NCBI GenBank assembly: GCA_965140585.1
Contig: OZ223264.1
Location: forward strand, 640,001 to 704,000
DNA length: 64,000 nt
From: Spirochaetia bacterium
Lineage (GTDB): Bacteria; Spirochaetota; Spirochaetia; UBA9216
Direction: 5' to 3'
Shown here: positions 40,886-50,866 of the stretch, piece after piece
Numbering within the stretch: the stretch's first letter is position 1
How the letters are laid out: each line of letters opens with the position of its first letter
Position numbers and translations under genes: made by a program
Notes under the pieces: model-generated
What the model was told of the DNA's origin: nothing
The model's database searches: none
What the model saw: only the letters and a program-made list of their open reading frames with translations

Positions 40886-40914
40886 TTGATATTTTTGTAC
40901 CCAGCCGGTATACT
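40886..40914 (+). promoter_or_regulatory. sigma70-type promoter for lysS
   Basis: TTGATA-17 nt-TATACT, 9 nt before the ATG; no SD. Confidence 0.6.
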
Positions 40915-40923
40915 TGCTCCACT

Positions 40924-42510
40924 ATGGATATTAAATCAACGCACTGGGCGGATATAACCGCCGATAAGATAATCAGAGAAAAAGGCGAAAAGGATGTCTA
41001 CGTCTGCGCCTCAGGAATCACGCCTTCCGGCACAGTTCATATCGGAAATTTCAGGGAAATCATCTCTGTAGAACTTGTTGTTCGTGCTCTCAGACAGAAG
41101 GGCTGCAATGTGAAGTTTATCTACTCATGGGATGAATATGATGTTTTCCGTAAGGTTCCGAAAAATATGCCCGAACAGGAAAAGCTTGAAGGCTTTCTGC
41201 GGCAGCCCATAACTACGGTTCCTGATGTTCTTGGAAACGAAGAGAGCTACGCCCGGGCAAATGAGAAAAGGCTTGAAGTCCTTCTCCCCCTTGTAGGCGT
41301 TTTCCCGGAGTATATATACCAGACTTCTGAATATAAATCCGGCCGTTATGCACAGGGCATGCGGACCGCTCTTGAAAAGAAAGAATCCATTCGAAAAATA
41401 CTGGACGCTCACAGAACCGAACCGCTTGCCGCCGACTGGATGCCCGTAAGTGTATTCTGTGCTGCATGCAACCGTGATACAACCAAAGTTGAATCCTGGA
41501 ACGGTGACTGGGAAATTACATATACCTGTGAATCATGCGGAAATCATGAGAGTCTCGATCTTCGTGAAACCGGATCGGTTAAGCTGCCATGGCGTATTGA
41601 CTGGCCGATGAGATGGCGTGAAGAGCAGGTTGATTTTGAACCTGCAGGAAAGGATCACCATTCAGAAGGTGGATCCTTCGATACTGCAAAACTGGTTTCT
41701 AAAGAGATTTACGGATGGGAACCGCCGGTAACCTTCCAGTATGATTTTATCAGGATAAAGGGACGCGGCGGAAAGATTTCCTCATCCTCAGGTGAGGTCG
41801 TAGGTCTTGATGATGTGCTTGAAGTCTATCAGCCCGAAGTTGCAAGATTTTTATTCGCAGGAACCAGACCTAATGCGGAATTTGCGATATCTTTTGATTT
41901 GGACGTACTAAAAATTTACGAAGACTATGACAAGTGCGAACGGACCTATTACAACAAGCCAGATACAGAGAAGGCTCTTAAAAAGTGGGAAAAACAGGCC
42001 CGTATTTATGAGCTCTCCCAGCTTGAAAACCCTGAAGCTGAAATGCCCTACCAGATACAGATTAGGCATCTCTGCAATCTGCTTCAGATTCAGTCAGGCG
42101 ATATTGACAGGCTGATTGAGTATCTTGGCGATGTAAAGCCTGAGCAGGAAGCAAGACTCAGACAGCGAGCCGAATGTGCCTGGAACTGGGTTAAGAACTT
42201 TGCGCCAGAGGATTTTCAGTTTGCCCTGAAAGATGATAACGCGGAAGCTGAAAAAGTCAGTCCTGCTGAAGCTGCTGCACTTTCCATGCTTTGCGATGAA
42301 GTCGCAGCAAAGATGGACAAACTGGATGAGAAAGAGTTCAGTGTCAGTATCTATGACGCAGCTCAGAAGAATGGACTTGAGTCCGGTGATTTTTTTCCGG
42401 TTGTGTACCGAGCCCTTATCGGCAAGGAAAAGGGGCCAAGACTTGCCAGTTTTCTATATGCAATAGGCAGCGAAAAAGTCTGTAAATTACTTGGAAAGTA
42501 CAGAGGATAA
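40924..42510 (+). CDS. lysS: Lysyl-tRNA synthetase, class I
   Basis: HWAD, SGITPSGTVHIGNFRE, KLPWRIDWPMRW, FEPAGKDH, KISSSSG, GPRLA. Confidence 0.95.
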   Translation: MDIKSTHWADITADKIIREKGEKDVYVCASGITPSGTVHIGNFREIISVELVVRALRQKGCNVKFIYSWDEYDVFRKVPKNMPEQEKLEGFLRQPITTVPDVLGNEESYARANEKRLEVLLPLVGVFPEYIYQTSEYKSGRYAQGMRTALEKKESIRKILDAHRTEPLAADWMPVSVFCAACNRDTTKVESWNGDWEITYTCESCGNHESLDLRETGSVKLPWRIDWPMRWREEQVDFEPAGKDHHSEGGSFDTAKLVSKEIYGWEPPVTFQYDFIRIKGRGGKISSSSGEVVGLDDVLEVYQPEVARFLFAGTRPNAEFAISFDLDVLKIYEDYDKCERTYYNKPDTEKALKKWEKQARIYELSQLENPEAEMPYQIQIRHLCNLLQIQSGDIDRLIEYLGDVKPEQEARLRQRAECAWNWVKNFAPEDFQFALKDDNAEAEKVSPAEAAALSMLCDEVAAKMDKLDEKEFSVSIYDAAQKNGLESGDFFPVVYRALIGKEKGPRLASFLYAIGSEKVCKLLGKYRG

Positions 42511-42539
42511 ACATTTCTCTGTTTTCATAAGGAGCCTTC

Positions 42540-42914
42540 ATGGGATTAAGAGCTGTTATAGCTGATGATGAGATAATCCTCAGAGTATTTCTGTCAATGA
42601 CACTGACCGGCTTTGGAATTGAGATTCAGTCTGAGGCTCAGGATGGTTCAGAGGTCGTAAAGGCTGTGCGAGCTCACAAGCCCGATGTCGCTTTTCTTGA
42701 TATTAATATGGCTTCAAAGGAGGACGGTCTTGATGCCTGTGAGATAATCAAGACTGAAAATCCGGATACAAAGGTGATCTTTATCTCAGCCTATCCTGAA
42801 AAAATGTTTGCCGGCCGGCTTTCATCGATGTCCTATGACGGCTATCTTGAGAAGCCGGTAAACAAAGCTCATCTTAAAAATTATCTAAGCTCCAAGTTTC
42901 CTGATTCCTTCTGA
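42540..42914 (+). CDS. Single-domain response regulator (receiver only)
   Basis: IADDE, FLDINM, DGLD, ISAY, YLEKP. Confidence 0.85.
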   Translation: MGLRAVIADDEIILRVFLSMTLTGFGIEIQSEAQDGSEVVKAVRAHKPDVAFLDINMASKEDGLDACEIIKTENPDTKVIFISAYPEKMFAGRLSSMSYDGYLEKPVNKAHLKNYLSSKFPDSF

Positions 42915-44125
42915 TTTTTCAGCCGCCGCAGTCTGAACGAATCAAGCTTTCTTTTTATCCAGCCGCCTTTCTCTATTTCAGCCATGGCGGATAAATTTCC
43001 CTCTGCAATGATATCTCCATCTGAGTCTGCAAGCTTCCATACTCCAAGTATATCACCCCTGTTTATAGGAGCCTCCAGCGGGGATGCTGGAATGTCAATG
43101 TATTGGGCATCAATTAAATCTGAGTATTTCAGGCATATCGCACCTGCATGTTCTCTTTCAGCGGCAGCAAACTCGCGCTGCCCCTTCCAGACCTTCATCT
43201 CGGTATATGCGTTTTTACCGGGACTGAATACTGTCCATGCCTCAAATCCGTAAGTAAAAAGAATTGAAACATCGACAAGCCTTTTAAGGTTTCCATCTGA
43301 TGTGGTGTTTCCCTGTCCACCCATAAGGATGACCAGAAGCCTTCTTTCGTTCTGCATGCAGGTGGCGGCTATGTTAAAGCCCGATTCATCGATGTATCCG
43401 GTTTTTAAACCGTCGACACCCGGATATCTTCCGGCCAGCTGGTTATGGTTGTACTGAGTTATTGGGCCGTAAACACTCTCGCCGCTGTCGGGAAGATTTT
43501 TCTCAGCCGGGTAGGTAAACTCCGGTATTGCGTGAAAAAGCTCAAGAGCTTCAGGGTGTTCGCTTATATAGAAGCTGCAGAACTCAGCATACTCCCTTGA
43601 TGTTGTACTGTTTTCTGCTGAATATCCGGAGGTATCGTCAAAAGCTGTGTTTTGCAGCCCCAGCCTCTCCGCCTCTGCATTCATCATCCTGATAAATTCC
43701 GGAGTGCTTCCTGCAATGAAGTCGGCCACAGCCACTGCTGCATCGTTACCGGAGGGAATTGCCAGCCCGATAAGCAGTTCGGCAAGCGTTACCTTCTGGC
43801 CTTCTTCTATAAACATAAGAGAAGAGTGGGGCGGCTGGTTCCGGAAGTCGGCATTTCTGCCTATTGTTACATAATCATCAAGGCTGCACTGTCCGTTTCT
43901 GACTGCTTCGAGTGCAATGTGTATCGTCATCAGTTTTGTCATTGATGCGGGGGGGATAACCGTATCCGCATTTTTTTCAAACAGTACGGTTCCTGTTCCC
44001 ATATCTATAAGAATTGCCGATTCTGCATTGATTACCGGAAAGGCTGATTCTGCGGCGGGAAGCCTGAATATGGTTATCACAAACAGCAGCAAAAGGCTGA
44101 TTTTTCGAAGTATTGATTTCTGCAT
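42881..44125 (-). CDS. dacA: D-alanyl-D-alanine carboxypeptidase (PBP5/6 family)
   Basis: PASMTK (SxxK), SGNDAA (SxN), GLKTGY (KTG); signal peptide. Confidence 0.9.
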   Translation of the reverse strand: MQKSILRKISLLLLFVITIFRLPAAESAFPVINAESAILIDMGTGTVLFEKNADTVIPPASMTKLMTIHIALEAVRNGQCSLDDYVTIGRNADFRNQPPHSSLMFIEEGQKVTLAELLIGLAIPSGNDAAVAVADFIAGSTPEFIRMMNAEAERLGLQNTAFDDTSGYSAENSTTSREYAEFCSFYISEHPEALELFHAIPEFTYPAEKNLPDSGESVYGPITQYNHNQLAGRYPGVDGLKTGYIDESGFNIAATCMQNERRLLVILMGGQGNTTSDGNLKRLVDVSILFTYGFEAWTVFSPGKNAYTEMKVWKGQREFAAAEREHAGAICLKYSDLIDAQYIDIPASPLEAPINRGDILGVWKLADSDGDIIAEGNLSAMAEIEKGGWIKRKLDSFRLRRLKNQKESGNLELR

Positions 44126-44192
44126 GTCTATTAATAATAGCAGAAAAGCAAAAAGTCAAATGACAGATCTTTATGATGAGAGGTAATTAAGT

Positions 44193-45431
44193 CTATTCTC
44201 CTATAGATTCCTCTTCATAGTCTTCGGAAAGGTTGAAATCGCGCAGCTGCAGGAACATCCGGTCGGTTTCTTCTTCGCTTAAAGGAATAATGGTAGATAT
44301 AGATCTGCTGCCTTCCGCAATATCAGCACCGGAGGCATGGTAGGGTCTTATAGCCGGATCACCCATTATAATCATTCCGAGAAACCAATTGTCATCGGTA
44401 TAGCCGGAATTGTTGTACCAGACTCTGTATGCGGCGCCCCAGCAGGCCCCTTCACCCAGCGCTTTATTGAACTCGACCGGATAGTATATGCCTCCGGTTT
44501 TCGTCGAGCCTATGACAGCAATGGCTGAATCGGTTTCAAGCAGGTAGTTTGAGGCCAGGTTGTTCACAGTGAATCTTGCCGCCTGACAGTCGAAGAGATT
44601 GTAAAAGTTGGCTTTAAGGTTGTTAGCTCCTATATCGCTGGCCCTCATCAGATCATATGTGTCGCCTTCGTCAAAGAACAGAACCGGTGGAGCGGCATGT
44701 ACCCACTGATATACAAACTCATAACCATCGCCGGCAACCTGCTCAATGTAGCTTTCCCGCAGGGTTGTTTCGGGGTCCTGCAGAATCTTTACGCTGCTGT
44801 AAAGTGAATCAAGACCGAGGCTGTTGCTTCGGTAATTCGACTGCCAGTCATCATCCTTGAATATCAGCGCGTCGTCATAAATCATTCCTGTACCACTGCG
44901 GTAGGCTGATAATTTATCAAAATAGAAGTTGAGTTCTTCAGCCGAGCCTGTAATTCGTGAAATATAGAAATCAACTTCAATATCGCTGTGCTCATCAAGG
45001 TAACCATTCCCGTCTGTGTCGGACCAGACCGAATCCAGATCCATATAATAGAGATCGGCTGGAAACACTTCTTCCTCGCCGAAGGCCTCCTGCTCATACC
45101 ATGCAACCGGAAGATTTCCTACAAAAAAAGCGCAGGTGTGATCGGTTGATGAGGCAATCAGTCTGTCTTTGAGTTCCGTGTAATTGTCGGTATTTTCCCA
45201 GATTATTACAGATGAGCTCACGCCCTCCGCACTTAGATCTCTTTGATATTTTGAAATTCCAGCTTCAGTTTCCAGGGCTATTTCACTATCCACCACTATT
45301 AATACTGCTTCCGGAAGGTATTCATCAGGGCTAAGGCTATCTTTTAAAATGAAGAGAGAACATCCTGAAAGGCCGATAAAAAAATAAAAGACAGCAAGCA
45401 CAGTAAGTAAAAAAATCAGCCTTCGGTTCAT
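44193..45431 (-). CDS. Lipoprotein with peptidase C25 (gingipain)-like fold
   Basis: Lipobox GLSG-C; FVGNLP, ADLYYMDLD, ISRI, WVHA..FYNLFDC (putative His/Cys dyad), IMGDPA; start placed at ATG 45431. Confidence 0.6.
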   Translation of the reverse strand: MNRRLIFLLTVLAVFYFFIGLSGCSLFILKDSLSPDEYLPEAVLIVVDSEIALETEAGISKYQRDLSAEGVSSSVIIWENTDNYTELKDRLIASSTDHTCAFFVGNLPVAWYEQEAFGEEEVFPADLYYMDLDSVWSDTDGNGYLDEHSDIEVDFYISRITGSAEELNFYFDKLSAYRSGTGMIYDDALIFKDDDWQSNYRSNSLGLDSLYSSVKILQDPETTLRESYIEQVAGDGYEFVYQWVHAAPPVLFFDEGDTYDLMRASDIGANNLKANFYNLFDCQAARFTVNNLASNYLLETDSAIAVIGSTKTGGIYYPVEFNKALGEGACWGAAYRVWYNNSGYTDDNWFLGMIIMGDPAIRPYHASGADIAEGSRSISTIIPLSEEETDRMFLQLRDFNLSEDYEEESIGE

Positions 45432-45437
45432 ACCCAA

Positions 45438-45465
45438 ATTATAGTGATGCAGGATTAATATTCAA
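45438..45465 (-). promoter_or_regulatory. Leaderless-type promoter for the C25-like lipoprotein
   Basis: TTGAAT-16-TATAAT-6 nt-ATG on the minus strand. Confidence 0.6.
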
Positions 45466-45541
45466 GTTTTCTGGACATTTTTAGCGAAAATCCTGTATAT
45501 TCATACTATAATTGAAATGTAAATTAAAAAAGGAGTGCGTT

Positions 45542-46711
45542 TTGAACAGTCTGAAACGTCCCGGAAGTATTCTCTTTTTTTCTCTGCTGCTTATTTTAAC
45601 CCCACTGGTAACTGTCATTCTGAATGCTTATATAAATATGATTCCGCTCTGGGGCCGCGGTAATATTTTTACCAGACTTGCGATTTCCGATATTATTATT
45701 TTATGCCTATACCCCATAGCCGCCATCGCCGTCTACACGGTTCATAAGGCCGGCTGGTGGGTTTTTATGGTAACCGCAGCTACGATGATTGTTTATAACA
45801 TTACAGCATATGCGGCAAATCCAATGATCTCGCTGGGCGGAATGATTATGTTTAATCTGGTGCTTTTTGCTGCAGCAGGTTTCTTTTTCAGAAAACATAT
45901 AATTGCTCCGTATTTCAACCCTCGGCTGAGGTGGTGGGAACAGGCCAGAAGATACGAAATCGATCTCGGTGTTTCTATTGAATATGCAGGAATGGCAGAG
46001 CTTGGCTACCTGGAAGATATCTCACTCGGCGGCTGCTTTATCAGAATCGCAGAGAAGATTGATACAGGTCATATCTATCCCTTAAGAATCTATATGGGCA
46101 ACAGTATTTCAGTTGCTTTAAAAGGCCGGGTAATGCGCAGTGTTCTGGATGACTGCAGCCTTCCGGGCTACGGAATAATGTTTGTAAATATCTCCGAAAC
46201 AGAAAAAGAGGGTGTTGAACATATAATTGCAATGCTCCACCTGCTGGGAGTAGGTGCAATTACCGAGGTTGAATCAGCTGAGGAAAAGAGACTTTACAGC
46301 CGCTATTCGGTCAATATAAATGTTTCGCTCCGCTTCCAGGGGAATATTAACCCTGCAAAGCTTGTTAATGTATCAAGTACCGGAGCCTGTCTTGAAACCT
46401 CGCTTGATATCAAGATGGGAGAGCTCTGCGGCTTCTTCTGTACGGTCGGTTATGATTCTGCTGATATAGACGGTGTTGTTAAATGGAAGAAAAAGGTTAA
46501 AGATTTCTACCATTACGGACTTCTGTTCATCAATATGAATTCTGAACAGCGCAAACAGGTGGCTGCTCTGCTTAAGACTATCCGCAAGCTCGGCGGCCGG
46601 GCCCGAAAGCGTGATTTGGAACTTTACGATAAGATGGTTGAAAACACTTTGCCTGAAACCCCCTACCGGATTTTCCACCGGCACAAGGATGATTCAGATA
46701 AAAAATCTTAA
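45542..46711 (+). CDS. Membrane protein with tandem PilZ domains
   Basis: About four N-terminal TM helices, PYFNPRLRWWE linker, DISLGG, then RLYSR...NVSSTG; TTG 45542 after AGGAG (ORF track starts at 45512). Confidence 0.8.
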   Translation: MNSLKRPGSILFFSLLLILTPLVTVILNAYINMIPLWGRGNIFTRLAISDIIILCLYPIAAIAVYTVHKAGWWVFMVTAATMIVYNITAYAANPMISLGGMIMFNLVLFAAAGFFFRKHIIAPYFNPRLRWWEQARRYEIDLGVSIEYAGMAELGYLEDISLGGCFIRIAEKIDTGHIYPLRIYMGNSISVALKGRVMRSVLDDCSLPGYGIMFVNISETEKEGVEHIIAMLHLLGVGAITEVESAEEKRLYSRYSVNINVSLRFQGNINPAKLVNVSSTGACLETSLDIKMGELCGFFCTVGYDSADIDGVVKWKKKVKDFYHYGLLFINMNSEQRKQVAALLKTIRKLGGRARKRDLELYDKMVENTLPETPYRIFHRHKDDSDKKS

Positions 46712-46718
46712 GAGCTTC

Positions 46719-47612
46719 TTAGAACAGCATGTTCTTAAGCAGTCCGTCGTTACGGCGCCATTTGGGATTCACCTTAACCCTCAAATCAAGGCTTACCCTG
46801 TATGGAAACAGCTGGTTAAGCTCCTTCTGGGCTTCAAGCCGAATCCTTTTAATGTTTTCTCCGCCGCGTCCGACAAGAATGCCCTTCTGACTGTCTCTTT
46901 CCGCCGTTAGAAAAGCCCTCACCCACAGCTTTTTTACTTCGCCTTCTTCGTCCCTGTCCGCCTCCATGTCGGCAATTTCAACATAGATGGAATGGGGAAG
47001 CTCCTGTCTCGAACCTGTGATGGCCTTTTCCCTTATTACTTCCATTATACGGAATGAGGGTTCCTGATCTGTGTAATAATCCTCAGGATAAAGCGCAAAG
47101 CCTTCCGGCGCCAGCTCATAGAGCGCCTTGAGAATATCCTCCACATTGGTTCCCTTTTCGGCTGAAATTCCTATCATTCCTGCAGGATGTGAACCTGCTG
47201 TTTCTCCAATGAAATCCACTATTTCCTGAGGCTTTGATTCGGGCAGATCTGTTTTATTCAGCGCAACTATTGTACGGCTGAAATAGGGTTCGAGCATGGA
47301 AAGAACTTCTTTTTCTTCTGCTCCGGGTTTTCTTGCTGTATCTATTACATAAAGAAAAAGGTCGGCGTCTTCAAGTGCCGAGCCTGCGAGGTCTTTCAGG
47401 TAATTATTGAACTTCTTATCCGAGATATGGTATCCGGGGGTGTCTATGAAAACCAGCTGGCCTTCCTCTCTGGTTATGATTCCGCGAATTTTATTTCTGG
47501 TAGTCTGGGGTACCGGTGATACTATTGAGACTTTTTCACCGCAGATGCTGTTTATTAGGGTCGATTTTCCGGCAGAAGGCCGTCCTATGATAGATATATA
47601 TGCTGACTTCAT
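46719..47612 (-). CDS. era: GTPase Era
   Basis: GRPSAGKST, PQTTR, DTPG, NKTD, ISA, KH-domain SQKGILVGRGG. Confidence 0.95.
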   Translation of the reverse strand: MKSAYISIIGRPSAGKSTLINSICGEKVSIVSPVPQTTRNKIRGIITREEGQLVFIDTPGYHISDKKFNNYLKDLAGSALEDADLFLYVIDTARKPGAEEKEVLSMLEPYFSRTIVALNKTDLPESKPQEIVDFIGETAGSHPAGMIGISAEKGTNVEDILKALYELAPEGFALYPEDYYTDQEPSFRIMEVIREKAITGSRQELPHSIYVEIADMEADRDEEGEVKKLWVRAFLTAERDSQKGILVGRGGENIKRIRLEAQKELNQLFPYRVSLDLRVKVNPKWRRNDGLLKNMLF

Positions 47613-47618
47613 TTGCTA

Positions 47619-47646
47619 ATTGTAGTAAATTCTATACAATTGACAA
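47619..47646 (-). promoter_or_regulatory. Leaderless-type era promoter; -35 overlaps a divergent TTGACA for clpP
   Basis: TTGTCA-16-TACAAT-6 nt-ATG (minus); TTGACA at 47640-47645 (plus). Confidence 0.6.
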
Positions 47647-47690
47647 GAGGCTTTGCGTCATGTTACATAAAAACAGGAGTAGTTATTTTT

Positions 47691-48278
47691 ATGAGTGAAG
47701 AAGAAAGAGAATGCAATAAGGATAAAGCGGAAAATCCTGATGCGGTATCTGAAAAAATACTGAAGACAAGAACAATTCTGCTTTCCGGAGAAGTAAACAA
47801 GGAGCTCGCTGAAAAGGTTGTAAAACAGCTTCTGATCCTTGAAGCCGAAAGCGATGAGCCAATCAAAGTTTTCATTGACTCTCCCGGCGGTGATGTTGAT
47901 GCAGGCTATGCAATCTTCGATATGATCAGATTTGTAAAACCTGATGTTTATACCGTTGGAATGGGACTGGTCGCAAGTGCGGGTGCGCTTATCCTGCTTG
48001 CTGCGCCGAAGGAAAGAAGACTCGGCCTCCCCAATTCACACTACCTTATTCATCAGCCGCTTTCTGGTATGCGAGGCGTTGCAACTGAAATTGAGATACA
48101 CGCGAAAGAACTTGAGAAAACCAGGCAGAAGCTGAATCAGCTTATTTCGGATGAAACCGGACAGTCCCTGGATCGTGTTGAAAAAGATACAGACCGGGAT
48201 TACTGGCTTAGTGCTCCTGATGCTCTTGAGTACGGGCTTATATCCAGGGTAATCAGCAGCAGGAGTGAACTGGCCTGA
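47691..48278 (+). CDS. clpP: ATP-dependent Clp protease proteolytic subunit
   Basis: ATG 47691 after AGGAG; IDSPGG, GLVASAG (catalytic Ser), LIHQP, DTDRDYWLSA. Confidence 0.95.
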   Translation: MSEEERECNKDKAENPDAVSEKILKTRTILLSGEVNKELAEKVVKQLLILEAESDEPIKVFIDSPGGDVDAGYAIFDMIRFVKPDVYTVGMGLVASAGALILLAAPKERRLGLPNSHYLIHQPLSGMRGVATEIEIHAKELEKTRQKLNQLISDETGQSLDRVEKDTDRDYWLSAPDALEYGLISRVISSRSELA

Positions 48279-49237
48279 TGAAAAGAGAAGAAATAGCATC
48301 ATACATGGGAAGTGTTTTCGGCGGATTTGCCGGAAGCGATGTGGCAAAAACACCGGGATATATTTCCGGTAAGGTACGTGATATCTTTCCGTCCGGTGAG
48401 CACAAACTTGTTATTGCAACCTCTGATAGAATATCAGCTTTCGACCGGATTCTTTCCACTATCCCCTGCAAGGGTGAACTGCTTAACCGCATTTCCCTTT
48501 TCTGGTTTGAACAGACTGCCGATATCGTTTCCAACCATATCGCTGAACAGGTAACCGCACGTACTGTTGCAGTAAAGAAATGCGAGGTTCTGCCGGTTGA
48601 GGTGATTGTCCGCGGCTATCTCACAGGTTCAGCCTGGAGAGATTACCAGGCCGGAAAGGATATATCCGGAATAAAGCTTCCCGCCGGAATGAAGATGAAT
48701 CAGAAGTTTGAACAGCCGCTGCTTACACCGTCCACAAAGGCGGAAATCGGTGAGCATGATATGCCGATCAGCTGTGAAGATATTGTAAAGACAGGGCTTG
48801 TTGAAAAGGAGCTCTGGGCGAAGGTTGAGAAGGCTGCAGTCTCGTTGTTCAACCGCGGAAGTAAGATGCTTGAAAAGCAGGGGCTTATTCTGGTTGATAC
48901 AAAGTATGAGTTCGGTCTGCTTGACGGCGAACTTATACTGGTAGATGAAGTTCATACCCCTGATTCAAGCCGTTTCTGGTATGCCGATACCTATGAAGAT
49001 CTTTTTGCAAAGGGTGAAGAACAGCGCAAGATAGACAAGGAATATCTTCGTCAGTGGCTTATAAAAGAAAAAAACTTCATGGGTGAGGGCGAATCACCAG
49101 AGATCCCCGATGAAGTACGAATTGAAGTTGCATGGAGATACATTCAGGCTTATGAGCAGATAACCGGAACCGAATTTGTTCCTCAGTCTCTTGCCGAATC
49201 CGAAGAGGTTAAGGCTATTACATCCTACCTTGCATAA
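48278..49237 (+). CDS. purC: SAICAR synthetase
   Basis: SGKVRD, SDRISAFD, EVIVRGYLTGS, TPSTK, LVDTKYEFG, DEVHTPDSSRFW, DKEYLR. Confidence 0.95.
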   Translation: MKREEIASYMGSVFGGFAGSDVAKTPGYISGKVRDIFPSGEHKLVIATSDRISAFDRILSTIPCKGELLNRISLFWFEQTADIVSNHIAEQVTARTVAVKKCEVLPVEVIVRGYLTGSAWRDYQAGKDISGIKLPAGMKMNQKFEQPLLTPSTKAEIGEHDMPISCEDIVKTGLVEKELWAKVEKAAVSLFNRGSKMLEKQGLILVDTKYEFGLLDGELILVDEVHTPDSSRFWYADTYEDLFAKGEEQRKIDKEYLRQWLIKEKNFMGEGESPEIPDEVRIEVAWRYIQAYEQITGTEFVPQSLAESEEVKAITSYLA

Positions 49238-49283
49238 TTCAGAAAATAGCTTAAGTCGTGTCAATATGCGGCTCAAATTATAG

Positions 49284-49315
49284 AGGCTGTCCGTGATACG
49301 GGACAGCCTTTTTTT
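49284..49315 (+). terminator. Rho-independent terminator after clpP-purC
   Basis: AGGCTGTCCGT-gat-ACGGGACAGCCT followed by a T run. Confidence 0.8.
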
Positions 49316-49328
49316 ATTACTTAACCGG

Positions 49329-49742
49329 TCATTCACCGATTATCTTAACCAGCACACGTTTTTTTCTTCTGCCGTCAAACTCTCCGTAACAGATGTTCTC
49401 CCAGGTTCCCAGATCAAGCTTGCCGCCGGTGACAGCCACGACTGTTTCCCTTCCCAGAATCTGACGTTTCAGATGCCCGTCTCCGTTATCCTGGCCGATA
49501 TTATGCCGATATCCGGTTCTTTTGTACGGGGCAAGTCCTTCCAGCCAGTCCAGGTGATCCTGATGAATAGCGTCCTCTGCTTCTGTGACAAAGACGCTGG
49601 CTGTTATATGCATTGCGTTTACAAGACAGAGGCCTTCCTGTATGCCGCTATCAGAAAGACAGTCTTCAACCTCGGAGGTGATATTCATTATCTGATACCG
49701 TTCGGTTGTATTGAAAAATAATTCCTTTCTATAGCTTTTCAT
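49329..49742 (-). CDS. yjbQ: YjbQ/UPF0047 family protein
   Basis: [32 protein letters not shown]. Confidence 0.9.
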   Translation of the reverse strand: MKSYRKELFFNTTERYQIMNITSEVEDCLSDSGIQEGLCLVNAMHITASVFVTEAEDAIHQDHLDWLEGLAPYKRTGYRHNIGQDNGDGHLKRQILGRETVVAVTGGKLDLGTWENICYGEFDGRRKKRVLVKIIGE

Positions 49743-49748
49743 ACTTTA

Positions 49749-49777
49749 ATTCTCGTATTTTAAAGTCCTGATTTCAA
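49749..49777 (-). promoter_or_regulatory. Leaderless-type promoter for yjbQ
   Basis: TTGAAA-17-GAGAAT-6 nt-ATG. Confidence 0.5.
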
Positions 49778-49809
49778 TCGTTGGGGATAAATACGGGTTT
49801 AAATCCTGT

Positions 49810-50859
49810 ATGAGAATCATTTGCTTTCTTTCAGCTCTGATGCTTCTGCTGCTGTCATGCAGCTGCGGCGGTCAGGAAGATACTGAAATAACTATAATGT
49901 CCTGGAATGTTCAGAACTTCTTTGATGATATCAGCGATGGAACGGAATACAGCGAATTCGATCCTTCGGAAGGCGACTGGAATACCGACTGTTTCAATCA
50001 GAAGGCTGCAGCCCTGGCGGAAGTCATTCAGTCTGTTAAGCCTTCAGGGCCAGAGGTCGTTGTTCTGCAGGAAGTTGAAAATGAAAATGCGCTTAATCTT
50101 CTGAAGGATATGTATCTGAAAGAGTGCGGATACATCTGGTCGGCATTTCTTCCTACTCAGGATTCAGCTGTGAGTAATGCTGTTTTAAGCAGACTTGAAA
50201 TAGAGGAAATTATAACACATACAGTTTATCTTGATTCTACAGCAGCAGGCAGGTCAATCGGAGAGGTTCGGCTTAAGGCGGATGATTTTTCCGAGATATA
50301 TCTTTTTGTAAACCACTGGAAATCAAGATCCGGAGGTGCTGAGGAGACCGAACCACGGCGTATTGCTGCTTCAAGGCGGCTGGCGGCATTGATTAAGGTG
50401 CCGCAATCCGTCAGCAAATCCTCCGGTACGGAAAATATACAGGAACGTCTGATTATAGCAGCAGGAGATTTTAATGAGTCATGGGATGAGCAAAACCGGG
50501 TTGATGGGACTTATGAGGTTGCACTTGGAATAGGCATTGATGAAAAGAAATCTCAATGTTTAAGGAGCGCTGACGCTCAAACGGTTCTGGCGTCCGAATC
50601 TGATAGTCTGATGTATAACCCCTGGATTGACTGCGACTCTTCGGGCAGCTACAGTTACAGGGGCAGCTGGGAGGCTCTGGATCAATTCTTTTTTGACAGG
50701 CAAGCCATTGACGGGAGGGGGCTGGAGTTTAAATCTTTTATGGTATATCAGCCGGATTTCATGCTTACAGAATACAAAACCCCTCTCCGCTGGATTACTT
50801 CAGCGAAAGAGGGGTATTCCGACCACTTTCCGGTCATTGCTGTACTGGAAAGGCTGTGA
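49810..50859 (+). CDS. Endonuclease/exonuclease/phosphatase-family lipoprotein
   Basis: Lipobox-like LLLSC; SWNVQN, LQEVEN, VNHWKS, AGDFNE, LDQ, GYSDHFPV. Confidence 0.85.
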   Translation: MRIICFLSALMLLLLSCSCGGQEDTEITIMSWNVQNFFDDISDGTEYSEFDPSEGDWNTDCFNQKAAALAEVIQSVKPSGPEVVVLQEVENENALNLLKDMYLKECGYIWSAFLPTQDSAVSNAVLSRLEIEEIITHTVYLDSTAAGRSIGEVRLKADDFSEIYLFVNHWKSRSGGAEETEPRRIAASRRLAALIKVPQSVSKSSGTENIQERLIIAAGDFNESWDEQNRVDGTYEVALGIGIDEKKSQCLRSADAQTVLASESDSLMYNPWIDCDSSGSYSYRGSWEALDQFFFDRQAIDGRGLEFKSFMVYQPDFMLTEYKTPLRWITSAKEGYSDHFPVIAVLERL

Positions 50860-50866
50860 ACTATTT

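Noticed and set aside
42540-42914. Receiver protein as cognate partner of the PAS kinase at 56846-58699
   Set aside because: 14 kb apart with no sequence evidence for pairing
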